NCBI RefSeq assembly: GCF_009914755.1
Contig: NC_060947.1
DNA length: 64,000 nucleotides
Origin: the human T2T-CHM13v2.0 reference genome, Homo sapiens
Reading direction: 5' to 3' (one strand)
This document shows, piece by piece, positions 13,561-27,000 of the stretch. The notes below the pieces were generated by a model that was not told the origin of the DNA, made no database searches, and saw only the letters and a list, made by a program, of their open reading frames with translations. The first letter of the stretch is position 1. Each line of letters begins with the position of its first letter. Made by a program: the position numbers and the translations under genes.

Positions 13561-13874
13561 TAATTATGTACCACCTAACAATGTTTTGGTCAACAACAGA
13601 TCACATATATGCTGCTGGTCTCATAAGATTATAATGCCATATTTTTACTGTACCTTTTCTATGTTTAGCTATGTTCAGAGACACAAACACTTACCATTGT
13701 GTTATAATACCCTACAGTAGTGAGTGCAGTAACATGCTGTCCAGGTTTGAAGCCCAGGAGCAAGAGGCTATGATGTATAGCCTAGGTGTGTAGCAGGCTA
13801 TACCATCTAGGTTTGTGTAAGTACACTTACTGATATTCACACAGTAACAAAATCATTTAATGACACATTTCTCA
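13561..13874 (+). mobile_element. Tigger3a/MER7A; its last ~35 bp lie inverted at 14435-14468
   Basis: cataagattataat...tagcctaggtgtgtag...ctataccatctaggtttgtgtaagtacac. Confidence 0.88.
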
Positions 13875-14688
13875 TGAGGATTAAGCTCTGATATTTTATC
13901 TTGCCCAAATTCCCATCTAAGGAGTCTGGGTAGTCATGCTTTACAAAATATAAATTCTCATCAGATGGGTTTTATTTTACCCTATATATTGTGACCTACG
14001 TTCCAATAAGACTCTGTCATAACATTATGTGACAAAGAAGAAAGTTAAAATATTTTACCCCCAAGCATGTTTCTTTGCTATATCTTGAAATGGCCCTGCA
14101 AATTTGTCCTTTGTGGGGGAAAATTTGCATCTGTAAAGAATGTCTATTAACATAGCTAGATCTTTTCTTCCAGGCACTCCCAATTCTGAAGAGATTTACT
14201 AAGAGTCTGGCACCTTTTAAAGGTCTGAATAGGAAACATTTGTCGTCTATTGTCTCTAAAGGCTGCCACTATAAGACTTCAAAAGAACCTTGGTCTCCAC
14301 GATCTTTTATCTTAACCTGAACATTTCCTTTCTATCAATCCCAGGTCTTTAGACAAACTCAACCAATTGTCAACCAGAAAATGTTTAAATTTACTTACAG
14401 CCTGGAAGCTCCCTGCTTTTCTGGTTGACAATTACAATAACACATTGATTAACAACAGGGCTATGTTCTGAGTGTCGACAAAAAGAGTCAAACTCTGTAA
14501 AATATTTGAAGAGATTTATTCTGAGCCAAATATGAGTGACCATGGCCCATGACACAGCCCTCGGAAGGTCCTGAGGACATGTGCCCAAGGCGATGGGGGC
14601 GCAACTTGGTTTTATACATTTTAGGGAGGCATGAGACATCAATCAAGTACGTTTAAGAAATACATAAAGGCGAGACAACTCAAAGTGG
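13875..14688. mobile_element. MER4-family (MER4D/E-like) ERV1 LTR: 5' part on + (13875-14419), 3' part on - (14473-14688)
   Basis: Starts TGAGGATTAAGCTCTGA; the 3' terminus ...GTTTGACTCTTTTTGTCGACA is on the minus strand; CTCA target-site duplication. Confidence 0.88.
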
Positions 14689-14734
14689 GTGGGGACATTG
14701 CCTGTAAAATTAAATGGCAACATGGCATGCCTAA

Positions 14735-14972
14735 CTTGGGAGCCAAGGAGCCCCCCAGTGAAATCCTAGCACAATTACTTATCAGTTTTAGATGGTTGTA
14801 GAAGATCCTTAAATTCTATAAGCATCAGCTTTCTCATAAAAAATGGAGCTATTAATATTACTTCCATGAGAGTGTTGCTCGGAGAATTATTAAATTCAAT
14901 GGTATATTCAGAATGCTTAGCAGAGCACCTGGCAGATATTTAACTGTTCAATAAATTATAGTTATTATTATT
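14735..14972 (+). mobile_element. MIR SINE
   Basis: tcagctttctcata...tgcttagcagagcacctggca...tcaataaat. Confidence 0.65.
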
Positions 14973-17900
14973 AAGACTGCTTACTCCTCATAGAAACCTG
15001 AAAATTTGGGAGAAGCAGTTTATTGAGAAGAAAATTAACTTAGAATTTTGATGAGCGATGCAGAAAAGTAATGAATTGCCATATTTGTGACACAGAGAGT
15101 TACCTCTTTTTGAAAATGGGGCAGATTATTTTTATTATTTCATCCTGAGGGACCCATGCCCAGGGAATCAGACGAAGCACAGCAAGGATTGAGGTCTCTC
15201 ATTTGAAACAGGATGTAAACACATCTGTGGAACAAAGATCACCCAGGGCAGTTTTTAACTATGTTGATTAATCATACAAATTATAATGGATGGTACAAAC
15301 AAAAATTGCTGATGCTTCCAAAATCATTAATGATTTCTGTAGTCACGTAAAGACTTTGGGAACTATTAAACCACCAACTTTTGTATCCTTTTCATTCCAA
15401 TTCCAATGATAAAAATAATTGCACATTAGGGAAAATTCGGACAATATAGAAAAGTAAAAACAAGAAAAAAAATGGAAATCTCTCTTTTCAGAGCATAAAT
15501 GTTTCAGTGTATTTTCTCCCAATCTTTCTTCTTCTTGACATTTAAAGGAGAACCATAAACTACGTTGAAAATTATTTTATAGAAACTCAAGATTTTTACT
15601 TTTCTTTCTGCAAAGAAAACGTGTTATTTCATTGTCTGTGTCAGAGGATCTTGAACAATGAACTCTCAGATTCCAAACAAAACATTTCAATAAAATACCA
15701 AACTTACTGTTTGCACCCTTAGAATTGCTATAATAGACCTCGACATTTTTGAATCCTTGTTCTACTGAAAGGTGAGAGGAAAATGCGCACAGTTGTCTGA
15801 CATAAACAAGATTGTATTAAACAGCCCTGTATTAGTAGGTTGAAAGTATGCTGATGAAATGAAACTAACACAATGTGTTGAAATAAGAAAGAAAAGTACA
15901 CTTTCTAAAGCACAACTCTAAAATTTGCTTTGGTTTTTAGTTTATGGACACTCCGACATCTTTTCTTTTTTAGGGTGTTCAAAAATGACCTCAGAATGCT
16001 TCATGTGAGCTCAATCATGAATAATTGTGGTAGGAGTTTATTGGATGGTCTGATACCCATTCTAATTAAGCACGTAAAAGTACACTGGGTTCCTCAAAAT
16101 TATATCCAGAGCCATCACAGGTTATGGATCCAACAGGAGGTTTGATGAAATACACACTGCTCCTAGCTGAGAAGGCTGTTGAAAACCCACATGAACAATT
16201 GCACTTATAGGATTTAAGATTGACTCAGGGCACCCTGGTTTGAAGAGGATGACCTGAGTTGAAGTGAATTCTTAAGACCCCATAAATACAATGTTTTGTC
16301 GGGGGCTGATATAACCCAATTCATGCCTGATGCTCCTGGATCTCTAGTCTGATTTCCACCCTGCCAACCCTTCCAGTAGCCAGCTCTCAGTGTGCACATG
16401 TGCTTAAGTGGTTCTTAGCCTCTCAATAAACAGCCCAGGACAGTAAGGGCCAAACAAACCTTCAAGTATGTAAAGGAAATTGCAAGTGAACCATTCCTGC
16501 AGCCCAAGATCTAAGCCCTATTAAGAAAATAGATGCCTATTTATCATCTTCATTCATGTGCCTTGCAGGGGCAAAGAAATGACTAAAGACAATCTTGCAA
16601 TGTATGTGCCAAAGACATGCATTTCCCTTTGGATTATCTGTGGAGTTAATTTCCAAAGATGCAACAGAACATAACAGAGCAATGGATCAGTGCCTGGCAG
16701 ATCCATAAGTCTTACACTAAATGCATGACTGGTAGTCTGCCAGATGACAGAGGAATTCTTCTTCATACCATTGCCCTAGCTCTGATTTTCAAACAGATAT
16801 TAAAAATACAGAGGGGAGATTCTCAAATCACAAGCTTTCAAAGTTAACATCGAAAGAAGCCATAATCATCACATTTGTTACTAGACGATACCTCATTTTC
16901 ACCATGTATTAGTTAAGCACTTAATTGGCTCCCCAATGCTTTGCTAGCAACATATCACAATTGTGAAACTTCATAACGAGTGTCCACTCAATATATTTAA
17001 ATTTCGTTTTTTATGACTTCAGCTAGGTGGATGACTGACTTGCTAGACAAATATATAAAAGCATATTAAAATTATGCATAGGTAGCAGTGGCTTAATAGG
17101 ATTTCTCCTACATTTCAGTATTTCACTGAAACATGCTTTATTTTCACAGTATGCTGGCTGTTAAGTGCAGGCACATGAATGAAAAAGGAATTTGACCATC
17201 TCCCTATCTACAAATGTTATTGTTTCTACAGCTGTCTCCTCCATTTCTGTGTCAGGCTCAACCTAAAAGAAAAATTTTAATGTGAATGAAAGTCTGCACC
17301 CGGGCTCTGAGAAAGTGTGTGGAAGAAGATGGTAGGTGTGCTCATGGTAGCATGTACGTCGTAGGTCATAAACAATGAAGCACCTGTCCTTTACAAATAT
17401 GAAAGCTCACAGTTATTCATGTTACTCAGACTCTTTGTCCAGGTTTCAGTTCTTTTCTTTGCCCTGCAATGTAAAAGTAATCACAACTAAATAGGAAATA
17501 TGGATCTCCAATCCACAAGATGAGGTGATTAGGAACTGTTGTTTGGGAAGCATTGGAACAGGTGGAGATGATTAGTCTAGAAAAGACACATCTTGCTGTT
17601 GAAATATTTGAAATTCACGTAAGAGAGTAAAAGAACTCCTGTTGCATTCCAGGGGACAGAGCTAGATCTCATAGATAAAAGCCACAAGGAGACAGAGGTA
17701 AGAAAAACATAAATATATGCTAAATAGGAGAATTCTACATATGGCACTATTTTCAGAAAGAGCATTAATACAATCTCTATTTATATTCAGACAATTATCC
17801 TAGAATATTATAGTTTTTTTCATAATTGTGTGTCTACTGTATACCACCTAGGAAATATTAAATACTATGATCAGTATTTTTGTTATTGCTACTTTTATTT

Positions 17901-18301
17901 TTATTATTAATTGGGAGCTTTTCCAGACATTAATAAACCCTTAGCAGACATAGGTCATACATCAGTTGCTCAATTCATTGTCACCTCTATGAGCATATTT
18001 CTGATAGTGAAGCTCAGTATGTGTTGTGTAATAAATAAAAAGGAAACAATGAAAGCAAATTACTCATTATTGCCTTATGGTTAAATAAAGATTAAAAAAC
18101 ATTGGAAACCATGTAGAGAAAGCAGGGTATAATTATATTAGAAACCACTGTGTAACCATCACTAATATTAAGGAATACATCTAGTCCTGACAGCTCCTTG
18201 TAAATGGAAGGAGACATGTTGCCAACTTATACTATCTACTGGAAAAGGTAGACATTGGCAAAGCTGTCAACTGTCTCACAAGAGAAGCCAAGGGGCTTCT
18301 A

Positions 18302-20706
18302 CAGGTATCCTCCAGAGATATTGTGGGTTCCGTTCCAGACCACCACAATAAAGAAAATATCACAATAAAAGCAAGTCACACAATTTTTTTTTATTTCCCA
18401 GTGAGTATAACAGTTATGTTCACATTGTACTGTAGTCCGTTAAGTACGTAATACCATTGTGTCTAAAAAAATATACACATACCTAAATTGAAATACTTTA
18501 TTACTAAAAAATGTTAACAATCATCTGAGCCATCAATGATTTGTAATCTTTTTGCTGGTGAAGGGTCTTGCCTTAGTGTTGATGGTTGCAGATTGACTAG
18601 GATGGTGGTTGCTGGAGGTGGGGATAGCTGTGGCAATTTCCTAAAATAAGACAACAATGAAATTTGCTGCATTGGTTGACACTTCCTTTCATAAAAGATT
18701 TCTCTGTAGCATGAGAGGCTGTTTGTAGCATTTTACCCACAAGTAGAACTTCTTTTAAAATTGGAGTCAATCCTCTAAAACCCTGCCACTTCTTTATCAA
18801 TTAAGTTTATGCAATATTCTAGATTTTTTTGTTATTTCAACAGTGTTCACCAGTATATTATATATTATATTATGTTATAATCTTCACCAGTATATTCCTT
18901 CTCAAGAAATAATTTTCTTTGCTCATTCACAAAAAGCAACTCCTCATCCATTCAAGTTTAGTCATGAGGTTGTAGCCATTCAGCCACATCTTCAGGCTCC
19001 GCCTCTCCTTCTACTACTCTTACTATTTCTCCCACATCTGCAGTTACTTCCTCCGCTGAAGTCTTGAACCCCTCAAAGTCATCCATGAGGCTTGGAATCA
19101 ACATCTCCCAAGCTCCTATTAATGTTGATATTTTAACCTCCTCCCACAAATCATAAATGTTCTTAATGGCGTCTGGAATGGTAAATCCTTTCCAAAAGGT
19201 TTTCAATTAACTTTGCCCAGATCCATCAGAGGAATCACTATTTATGGCAACTGTAAATTATGAAATGTATCTCTTAAATAATAAGACTTGAACGTCAAAA
19301 TGACTCCTTGATCCAGGGGCTGCAGAATGAATCTTGCGCTAAGAAGCACAAAAAGAACACTAATCTCTTTATACATCTCCATGAGAGCTCTTGGGTGACC
19401 AGATTAATTGTCAATGAACAGTAAATGTTGAAAAGAATCCTTTTCCTGAGCAGTAGGTATCAATAGTGGCCTCAAAATATTCAGTAAACCATGCCTTAAA
19501 TAGATGTGCTGTTATCCAGGCTTTGTTGTTCCATTTCTAGAGCACAGGCAGAGAAGATTTAGTATCATTCTTAAGGGCCCTAGGATTTTTGGAATGCTAA
19601 ATGAGCATTGGCTTCAACTTAAAGTCACCAGCTGCATTAGCCTCTAACAAAAGTTATCTTGTTCTTTGAAGCTTTGAAGCCAGACATTGACTTCTCCTCT
19701 TCAGCTACGCAAGTCTTAGATGGCAACTTATTTCAACATTAGGCAGTTTGATTTACATTGAAAATATGTTGTATAGTGTAGCCACCTTCATTAATAACCT
19801 TAGCTAGGTCTTCTGGATAACTTGCTGCAGCTTCTAGATCAGCACTTGCTGCTTCACTTTGCACTCTTATGTTATAGAGGTGGCTTCTTTTCTTAATCTT
19901 CATGAACCAACCTACACTGGCTTCCAACTTTTCTTCTGCAGCTTTCTCACCTCTCTCAGCCTTCATAGAATTGAAAAGAGATAGGGCCTTGCTCTGGATT
20001 AGGCTTTAGCTTAAGAGAGTATTGTGGCTGGTTTGATCCTTTATTCAGACCACTGGAACTTTCTGCATATTAGCAATAAAGCTGTTTCACTTTCTTAGCA
20101 TTCATGTGTTCACTGAAGTAGCACTTTTAATTTCCTTCAAGAATTTTTCCTTTGCATTCACCACTTGGCTAACTGTTTTGTGCAAAAGCCTAGCTTCTGC
20201 CCTCTTGGCTTTTGACATGCCTTCTTCATGATCATTTCTTGCTTGTGATTTAAAGGGAGAGACTCTGCCTTTCACTTGAGCACTTGGCCTTTGTAGGGGA
20301 TTAATTGGCCTAATTTCAATATTGCTGTGTCTCAGGGAATAGGGAGGCTCAAAGAGAGACAGAGATGGGGAATGGCCAGTTGGTGGAGCAGTCAGAACAC
20401 ACACAACATTTATCAATTAAGTTTGCCATCTTATAAGGGTGTGATATGTGGCACCCCAACACAATTACAATAGTAATAACAAACATAACTGATCACAGAT
20501 CACCAAGACAAGTATAGCAATAATAAGAAATACAATAATAATGAAAAACTTTGTGAGAAATACCAAAATATGACATAGGGACACAAAGTGAGCACATGCT
20601 GTTGGAGAAATTATGTATAGCTTTGCTCAATGCAGGGTTGCCATAAACCTTCAATTCAGTAAAAAAATGCAATTTCTGTGAGGCACAACAAAGCAAGATA
20701 GGCCTG
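18302..20706 (-). mobile_element. Near full-length Tigger1 DNA transposon with decayed pogo/CENP-B-like transposase
   Basis: TA|CAGGTATCCTC...GATAGGCCTG termini, ~2.4 kb. ORF fragments [46 protein letters not shown] and [16 protein letters not shown]. Confidence 0.95.
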
Positions 20707-20903
20707 TGTTTAGATGAGCACTGGAAACCAAGAAGTTCCCAAATAACATTTAAAACACAGAGGCTTAGGGTTACAGATGTGTGTCATTTTAATCTTCCTT
20801 TAGTAAAATTATTTATTGTATAGAATGATTTTCTTTAAATAATTACATGCCCTAGAGAAATTACAATTTGATAAACAAATTTTTGGATTTTTTTTTTGTT
20901 ATA

Positions 20904-21570
20904 GGTAAGCTGGTCTACAGACCACACTGGGTATGGGTAAGCTAGTCTATAGGCTACACTATGTATGAGTAAGCTACACTATACAATACACTGGATATGT
21001 GTAATCTAGACTATAGGTTACACTGGTGATGGGTAAGCTACTCTACAGACAGCACTGGGTGTGGGTAAGCTAGTCTATAGGGTATACTGGGTATGAGTAA
21101 ACTAGTCTATAGACTACACTGAGTATGGGTAAGCTAGTCTATAGACTACTTTGGGTATGGAAAAGCTAGCCTATTGGCTATGCTGGGTATGGGTAAGCTA
21201 GTCTATAGACTACACTGAGTATGGGTAAGCTGGTCTATAAACTACACTGGGTTTGGGTAAGCTAGTCTATAGACTAAACTGGATATAGGCAGTCTATTAT
21301 ATACGTTATACTTTATATGGGTAAACTAGTCTATAGACTACAGTGGATATGGGTAATCTAGTCTATAGGCTATATTTGTTTTGGGTAAGTCAGTCTATAG
21401 ACTACAGAGGATATGGATAATCTAGTCTACATACTAAATTGGGTGCTAGTAAGCAGGTCTATAGACTCCACTGTGTAGAGATAGGGTAAGCTAGTCTATA
21501 GACTACACTAGGTATGGGTAGGCCAGTCTATAGACTGCACTGGGTACTAGTAAGCTTGTCTATGGACTCC
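20904..21570. repeat. 32-bp minisatellite, ~21 copies, consensus GGTAAGCTAGTCTATAGACTACACTGGGTATG
   Basis: Units phased by hand at 20904, 20936, 20968 and onward; contains the palindrome TAGTCTATAGACTA. Confidence 0.95.
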
Positions 21571-22340
21571 TATCAGGGATGCCTCCAGATATGGAAACAT
21601 GCATAATGAACATGAGCAAGTGTCAGGTCGAGCCAATATTCTTGCATATAAGTTCTCAAAGGGGAGAATCAGCAATGCCTTTTTGTTGTCCACCAAGTCT
21701 ACTGGAATGAGCTTGAGTCTCACAATTTCCACACACAACTCAAAGCAAAGCAGCATAATTTTACAGCTGGGCTTGCTCAAATTTAAATAATCAGAGCCAT
21801 GGCATCTTTCTATCTCTTATTCTAGTGAACAAATAATGGTAATCATAACAAAAAAATAGTAAGACAAAGTCATTATTGGAAGTCCTTTGGCAGATAGAAT
21901 CCTACATAAACATTTTTAAATAATCTGTGGTCAGGTTGAGCCTACTTCCCAGAACTTGGGATGATTAATAGTATTGGCAGTTTAAAAAGGACTAAAAAAT
22001 TTTGGCAAGTCAAATGAAATGGTTCTAACTAAACATACTGCTCATTTTGCTCAATCAAAATTACTCAGTGAGTATAAATTCAGTGGTTTTAACAGAGGAA
22101 AAATTTTGTAAATTTTAAAAATAGGCTACCTCTTTAGTGTAAGCACTATACTAATGTAGACATAAAAATATATAGTATGTTTTGATTCATAGATTTATAA
22201 TATTAATAATTACAACTAGATAAAACAATGTGTTTATGCAGTTAAAAGTCATGCATTAAAATTTTTTCTTATGTGGGTCAATGATGAAAAATTTTTGTTG
22301 GTTGGAATTAGCTGTTCATTATAACATGTCTGTGTTGCAT

Positions 22341-22385
22341 CGTGTGTGTGTGTGTGTGCGCGCGTGCGCACACGTGAGTGTGTGT
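22341..22385. repeat. (TG)n/(CG)n alternating purine-pyrimidine tract
   Basis: cgtgtgtgtgtgtgtgtgcgcgcgtgcgcacacgtg. Confidence 0.85.
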
Positions 22386-24345
22386 TTACTTATCTATGGC
22401 TAATAGTTTTCTCTGAAAAACTAAAATGAAGAATATTAGACACAATAAATGTGCAGAAACTATATTTACATAATTGTCAGGGTCTCGAGAAACATCAGGT
22501 AAGTGTGACCATTTATTTCCATCTTCACAATTGCTTCTCTGTAATTAAGCTGTGCTTCTTGGTGAAGCCTTCTTGAAATGCCAAGTATTTACACCTGTTT
22601 TGGATGGTTGTCATCGGTGGTATTTTAGATTTCCCAGTTTGTTTGTTAGGAGAAGCACTAGTGATGTAAGACACCAGAACTGTCCAATTTGTAAAAATAA
22701 GCAGGGATAATTCAGATGGCAGAGACTTGATCCTGGGTTTGGGTGAGTCCTTTGTTTACCCAGTGCCCATCAGTCACAGCTATGCTACCAAGCAGCATGT
22801 TTAAACTTTCATTAATATGTCTATGACCTTCATGCTTAATGAGCCTTCAGGGGTCTCAGCAGGCAACATTTTGAAATAAACTTCATAAGGAATAAACAAG
22901 GACATTGGAAACAGGCAGAGGAACTAGCAAGAGCATTTGGTGGTGTAAACCAAAGTCTAAACTATCAGTAGAAGCCAAAGTGATTCAAAGTATCTCATGT
23001 ATTTTACAAAACAAATGCTCTTCGTTTTAAGGAGAGAAATGAAAAATCTCAAAACACAGTCCAGGAAAAATGAAACCTGAATTCTAACTCAGTAAAATAT
23101 TATTCTTGACTTTATAAAAGATTTTTCTCTACATACTGGACTCTTTAATAACAGAACTTATTATACCATTTAACTGCTACAGAAAGATGGAAGTTATTTA
23201 AAATATAGTATACCTATTATATGTTGAAATTAGGAGACTTTTAGGGCATTAAAATATCCCAGGAAAGGAGAGGGTCCAAATTGCTAGACTAGTTTCATGG
23301 CTTCACTGAGCCCTGACAGATCAATTTAATATTTGAACATCATTAATTTGAACATTTCTCATGTAATTTAAGGCTCACACTGCATAATACAGGGATGCAT
23401 TCAGGATCTGGACTTGGAGAGGTCGTTTTAAAAAGCCATTAAGGTTTAGAAATAGAAGAAATTACAGTAGTTAGTAAAATACTATGGAATATTCTGCAAC
23501 ATGCCTCAGTTGTAAGGCTACCAGATCCTAAAGATGGAGTGAAAATTGACACCAACTAGTCAGAGAGGTTTCTATACATGTTTCAGAGCACACATTTGTA
23601 TATTTTATTGAATGTGTATATGAAAGCTAGAGACATGGGTCATTACTTTTCCCAATCGCCTTTCTCCCAACTCTTTTTCTTGGAAGAGTCAAGGTTGTTA
23701 CAGGCACACAGAAATACACTGGAGGAACTCAGAACTGACCCTACCTACTAGACACTTAGTCTTACAGTGATCTTCCCCTTTTCTCTCTTTTCCTTTTCAT
23801 TTATAATAGAAACAAAAGTTATAGATATTTAAAACACGTATGCTTTCCCCAAAACATTAAGGCACAAAAGGCATTCATTTTATGCAAATTGATCATAATC
23901 ATAGCCATGAAGCAAACATATCTCATGATGGTTTTGATCTCTAATGTTTTCTCTTGCAAATAATAGGTCTCTTAATCACGTTAAAGACCTTTGGTCCTAT
24001 AGCACATGTCATTTTAAAAAAATGCATCCACAAGAGATTTGACACAAGGCACTCTTGATTGTATCTGTTTTTTTATAAGAAACAAAAATAACAAGGTCTA
24101 AATTGCAAATATACTTGATTTCATCTTACTGGTACCTTTAAGAAGAATCAGAGTTGTGTTTAGAAAAGGTGTTGAGGTGTGAAAGCTGTAGATAATTGGA
24201 CTCTCAAAATATGAAATAAACGATAAAGTGTGGATAAGTTAAATTTGGAAAAGTGATTTTTGTTGGACTTCATTTTGTCTAGACTTTCTCATTTCCCGTT
24301 ACGTAATTTGTGATGTGACACTAAACATTCTTGCACACATAAGAA

Positions 24346-25114
24346 ACTGGCCATCAGAGAAATGCAAATCAAAACCACAATGAGATACCATCTCACACCA
24401 GTTAGAATGGCAATCATTACAAAGTCAGGAAACAACAGGTGCTGGAGAGGATGTGGAGAAATAGGAACACTTTTACACTGTTGGTGGGACTGTAAACTAG
24501 TTCAACCATTGTGGAAGTCAGTGTGGCGATTCCTCAGGGATCTAGAACTAGAAATACCATTTGACCCAGCCATCCCATCACTGGGTATATACCCAAAGGA
24601 TTATAAATCATGCTGCTATAAAGACACATGCACACGTAGGTTTATTGTGGCACTATTCACAATAGCAAAGAGTTGGAACCAACCCAAATGTCCAACAATG
24701 ATAGACTGGATTAAGAAAATGTGGCACATATACACCATGGAATACTATGCAGCCATAAAAAATGATGAGTTCATGTCCTTTGTAGGGACATGGATGAAGC
24801 TGGAAACCATCATTCTCAGCAAACTATCGCAAGGACGAAAAACCAAACACTGCATGTTCTCACTCATTGGTGCGAATTGAACAATGAGAACACATGGACA
24901 CAGGAAGGGGAACATCACACTCCGGGGACTGTTGTGGGGTGGGGGGAGGGGGGAGGGGGGAGGGATAGCATTAGGAGATATATCTAATGCTAAATGACGA
25001 GTTAATGGGTGCAGCACACCAACATGGCACATGTATACATATGTAACTAACCTGCACATTGTGCACATGTACCCTAAAACTTAAAGTATAATAATAATAA
25101 AATTAAAAAAAAAA
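24346..25114 (+). mobile_element. 5'-truncated L1PA (PA4-like): ORF2 C-terminus, 3' UTR, poly(A)
   Basis: [17 protein letters not shown]...[18 protein letters not shown]; G-rich UTR; A tail; possible short AAGAA duplication. Confidence 0.96.
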
Positions 25115-26884
25115 GAATTTAAGATCCCTCTTACACAATAATATTATTCTGTATTTAAAGACCGCTATTTAAAGAACATTTTCATTGTGAGGCTATTTTT
25201 AGTCCTTCACACTTAATAGTGGAGATAATGATAATATTTTTTTTTGGAATGATGAGGCGAATGATGAGATATTTTTACCCCCTGATGCATCATTTACCTA
25301 GCTCAACAAATGTGTGGAGTTATTGGATTTTGTTATTTATATGGGTGTGTAGAAGGGAAATCTTGCTTTCTGCCAGTCTTAGGGGAGCATTTTAATCTGA
25401 TAATGTCTCTGTGAAGAGCCAAATAGTTATTTATCAGTTCTATCTCATACTTAAGTCACTTGACCTCCTAGTCAATATTATGAGAGTTGTGTATGAACTT
25501 CGTTCTCCAAAAACTTCAGAAGTCAATGGAATTTGATGAAAAATAAGGGAATGAATGAGGAGGAAACTACTTCAAGAACAAGAATCAACAGGATTTTTTA
25601 GGGGGCCTGTTCACCTTTATAACACCCCACATTTCCAAATGACAGCACTTTCTCTAGTGATTAATTAGGATTCCAGCAGAGTTTTCATAAATTTGGAATC
25701 TAGTTAAAAGGGAACTCATTAAATTGTTAAATTCAAACTAGTTTTCCTAGGTTATGTTCCTTTGAAAGTGCTCAGTGAATGAAGCAATGCTCTATACACA
25801 CAGTAGAACTACGGATATATATGTATCTATGGCTATATAGATATATAAGATTCTCATAGATGACATCATTGTCATATATATTACATATACCTACATATGC
25901 ATATGTGGGTGGAGAGATAGATCTTGAAATTGAATTCAACTACTCTAATAATTCAGTTTTATTGTCTTTTATTTCTTATTTTTCTTGTTTTCTCTTGTCT
26001 TCTTTAATCTCTTTTTAATGCTAGCAATTAAAGATTTGAGAGGCTCAAAGTCCTAAAATGACATAATATTTAAATGTAAGCATATTTTGGAAATTCTAAG
26101 ATAGCTGTAGAACTTATTTTTTACATAATCCTGAGAAACAACTATGGATTTTTTTTATCACAACAGTTGAATTACACCAAGTCATTGTTTCATTGGGAAT
26201 GGAAATAATACTGACAGATTCACTTCACTCTTTGGCCTTATAAATAACAATCTGAGCTTCTCACCTCAGGTTCTACCTGGTTTCATAAGTATAAATGTAG
26301 ACTGTAACGTAAACTTATCCCTCTATTCTTCAGTCAAAACTCGGGAGCATGAAAAGCTCACAAGACATCTTTCTTAAATTCATATAGCCATATGTATTCA
26401 TAGTTGATATATATATATATATATCCCCTAGATAGAGTGTTATTGATTTTTTAACATATTCTGTTCATCTTTAGGTATGGAGGAAAGTTTTCAGTCCACA
26501 GCAGCTTTGCATTTGACAGATTTTCAAGTAACCATTATCTTAGCGAAATGCATCCAATTCAATTCAGCCTTTTTTTGTTGATTTTAGAAACCAAGGGTTT
26601 TCTTTATTTTCCATATTTATGAGGAGGGAAAGGGGTATGAGAAAGCTACTGAAATTCTGTCTAAATGGGAAGGGCTAAAGATATGCTCAAGGTTTGCTTT
26701 GTTTGGCTTTGTTTCTTTGAAATGTACACAGGGCAAGTTGAGCCATGAAGTAAAAACTTCTGAAACCTGAGGTTGATAAGCATTCCCAAATTACTTCCCT
26801 TTGTGAGATGCTAAGATGAAAGGTGTTTCAATGAATCACCTGCTTGTTTAGGTGTGACATAGGGCCACATCACAGGGGCATCAT

Positions 26885-27000
26885 TTTTTGTTTGTTTATT
26901 TGTTTGAGACAGGTTCCCACTGTGTTGCCCAGGCTGGAGTGCAGTGGCGCCATCATAGCTCACAGCAACCTTGAACTCCTGGGCTCAAGCCATCCTCCCA
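26885..27000 (-). mobile_element. Alu monomer fragment (FLAM/FRAM/AluJ)
   Basis: ttgcccaggctggagtgcagtggc...ctcctgggctcaagccatcctccc. Confidence 0.85.

Noticed and set aside
17232-17331. Possible exon between ctacag| and |gtaggt
   Set aside because: It has stops in all three frames and no other support.
20904-21570. CRISPR-like array of palindromic ~32-bp repeats
   Set aside because: The units are head-to-tail with no unique spacers, there are no cas genes, and the context is primate DNA.
24362-24880. 172-aa ORF (and 184-aa ORF at 55419-55973) as host genes
   Set aside because: Both are L1 ORF2 C-terminal fragments in truncated copies.
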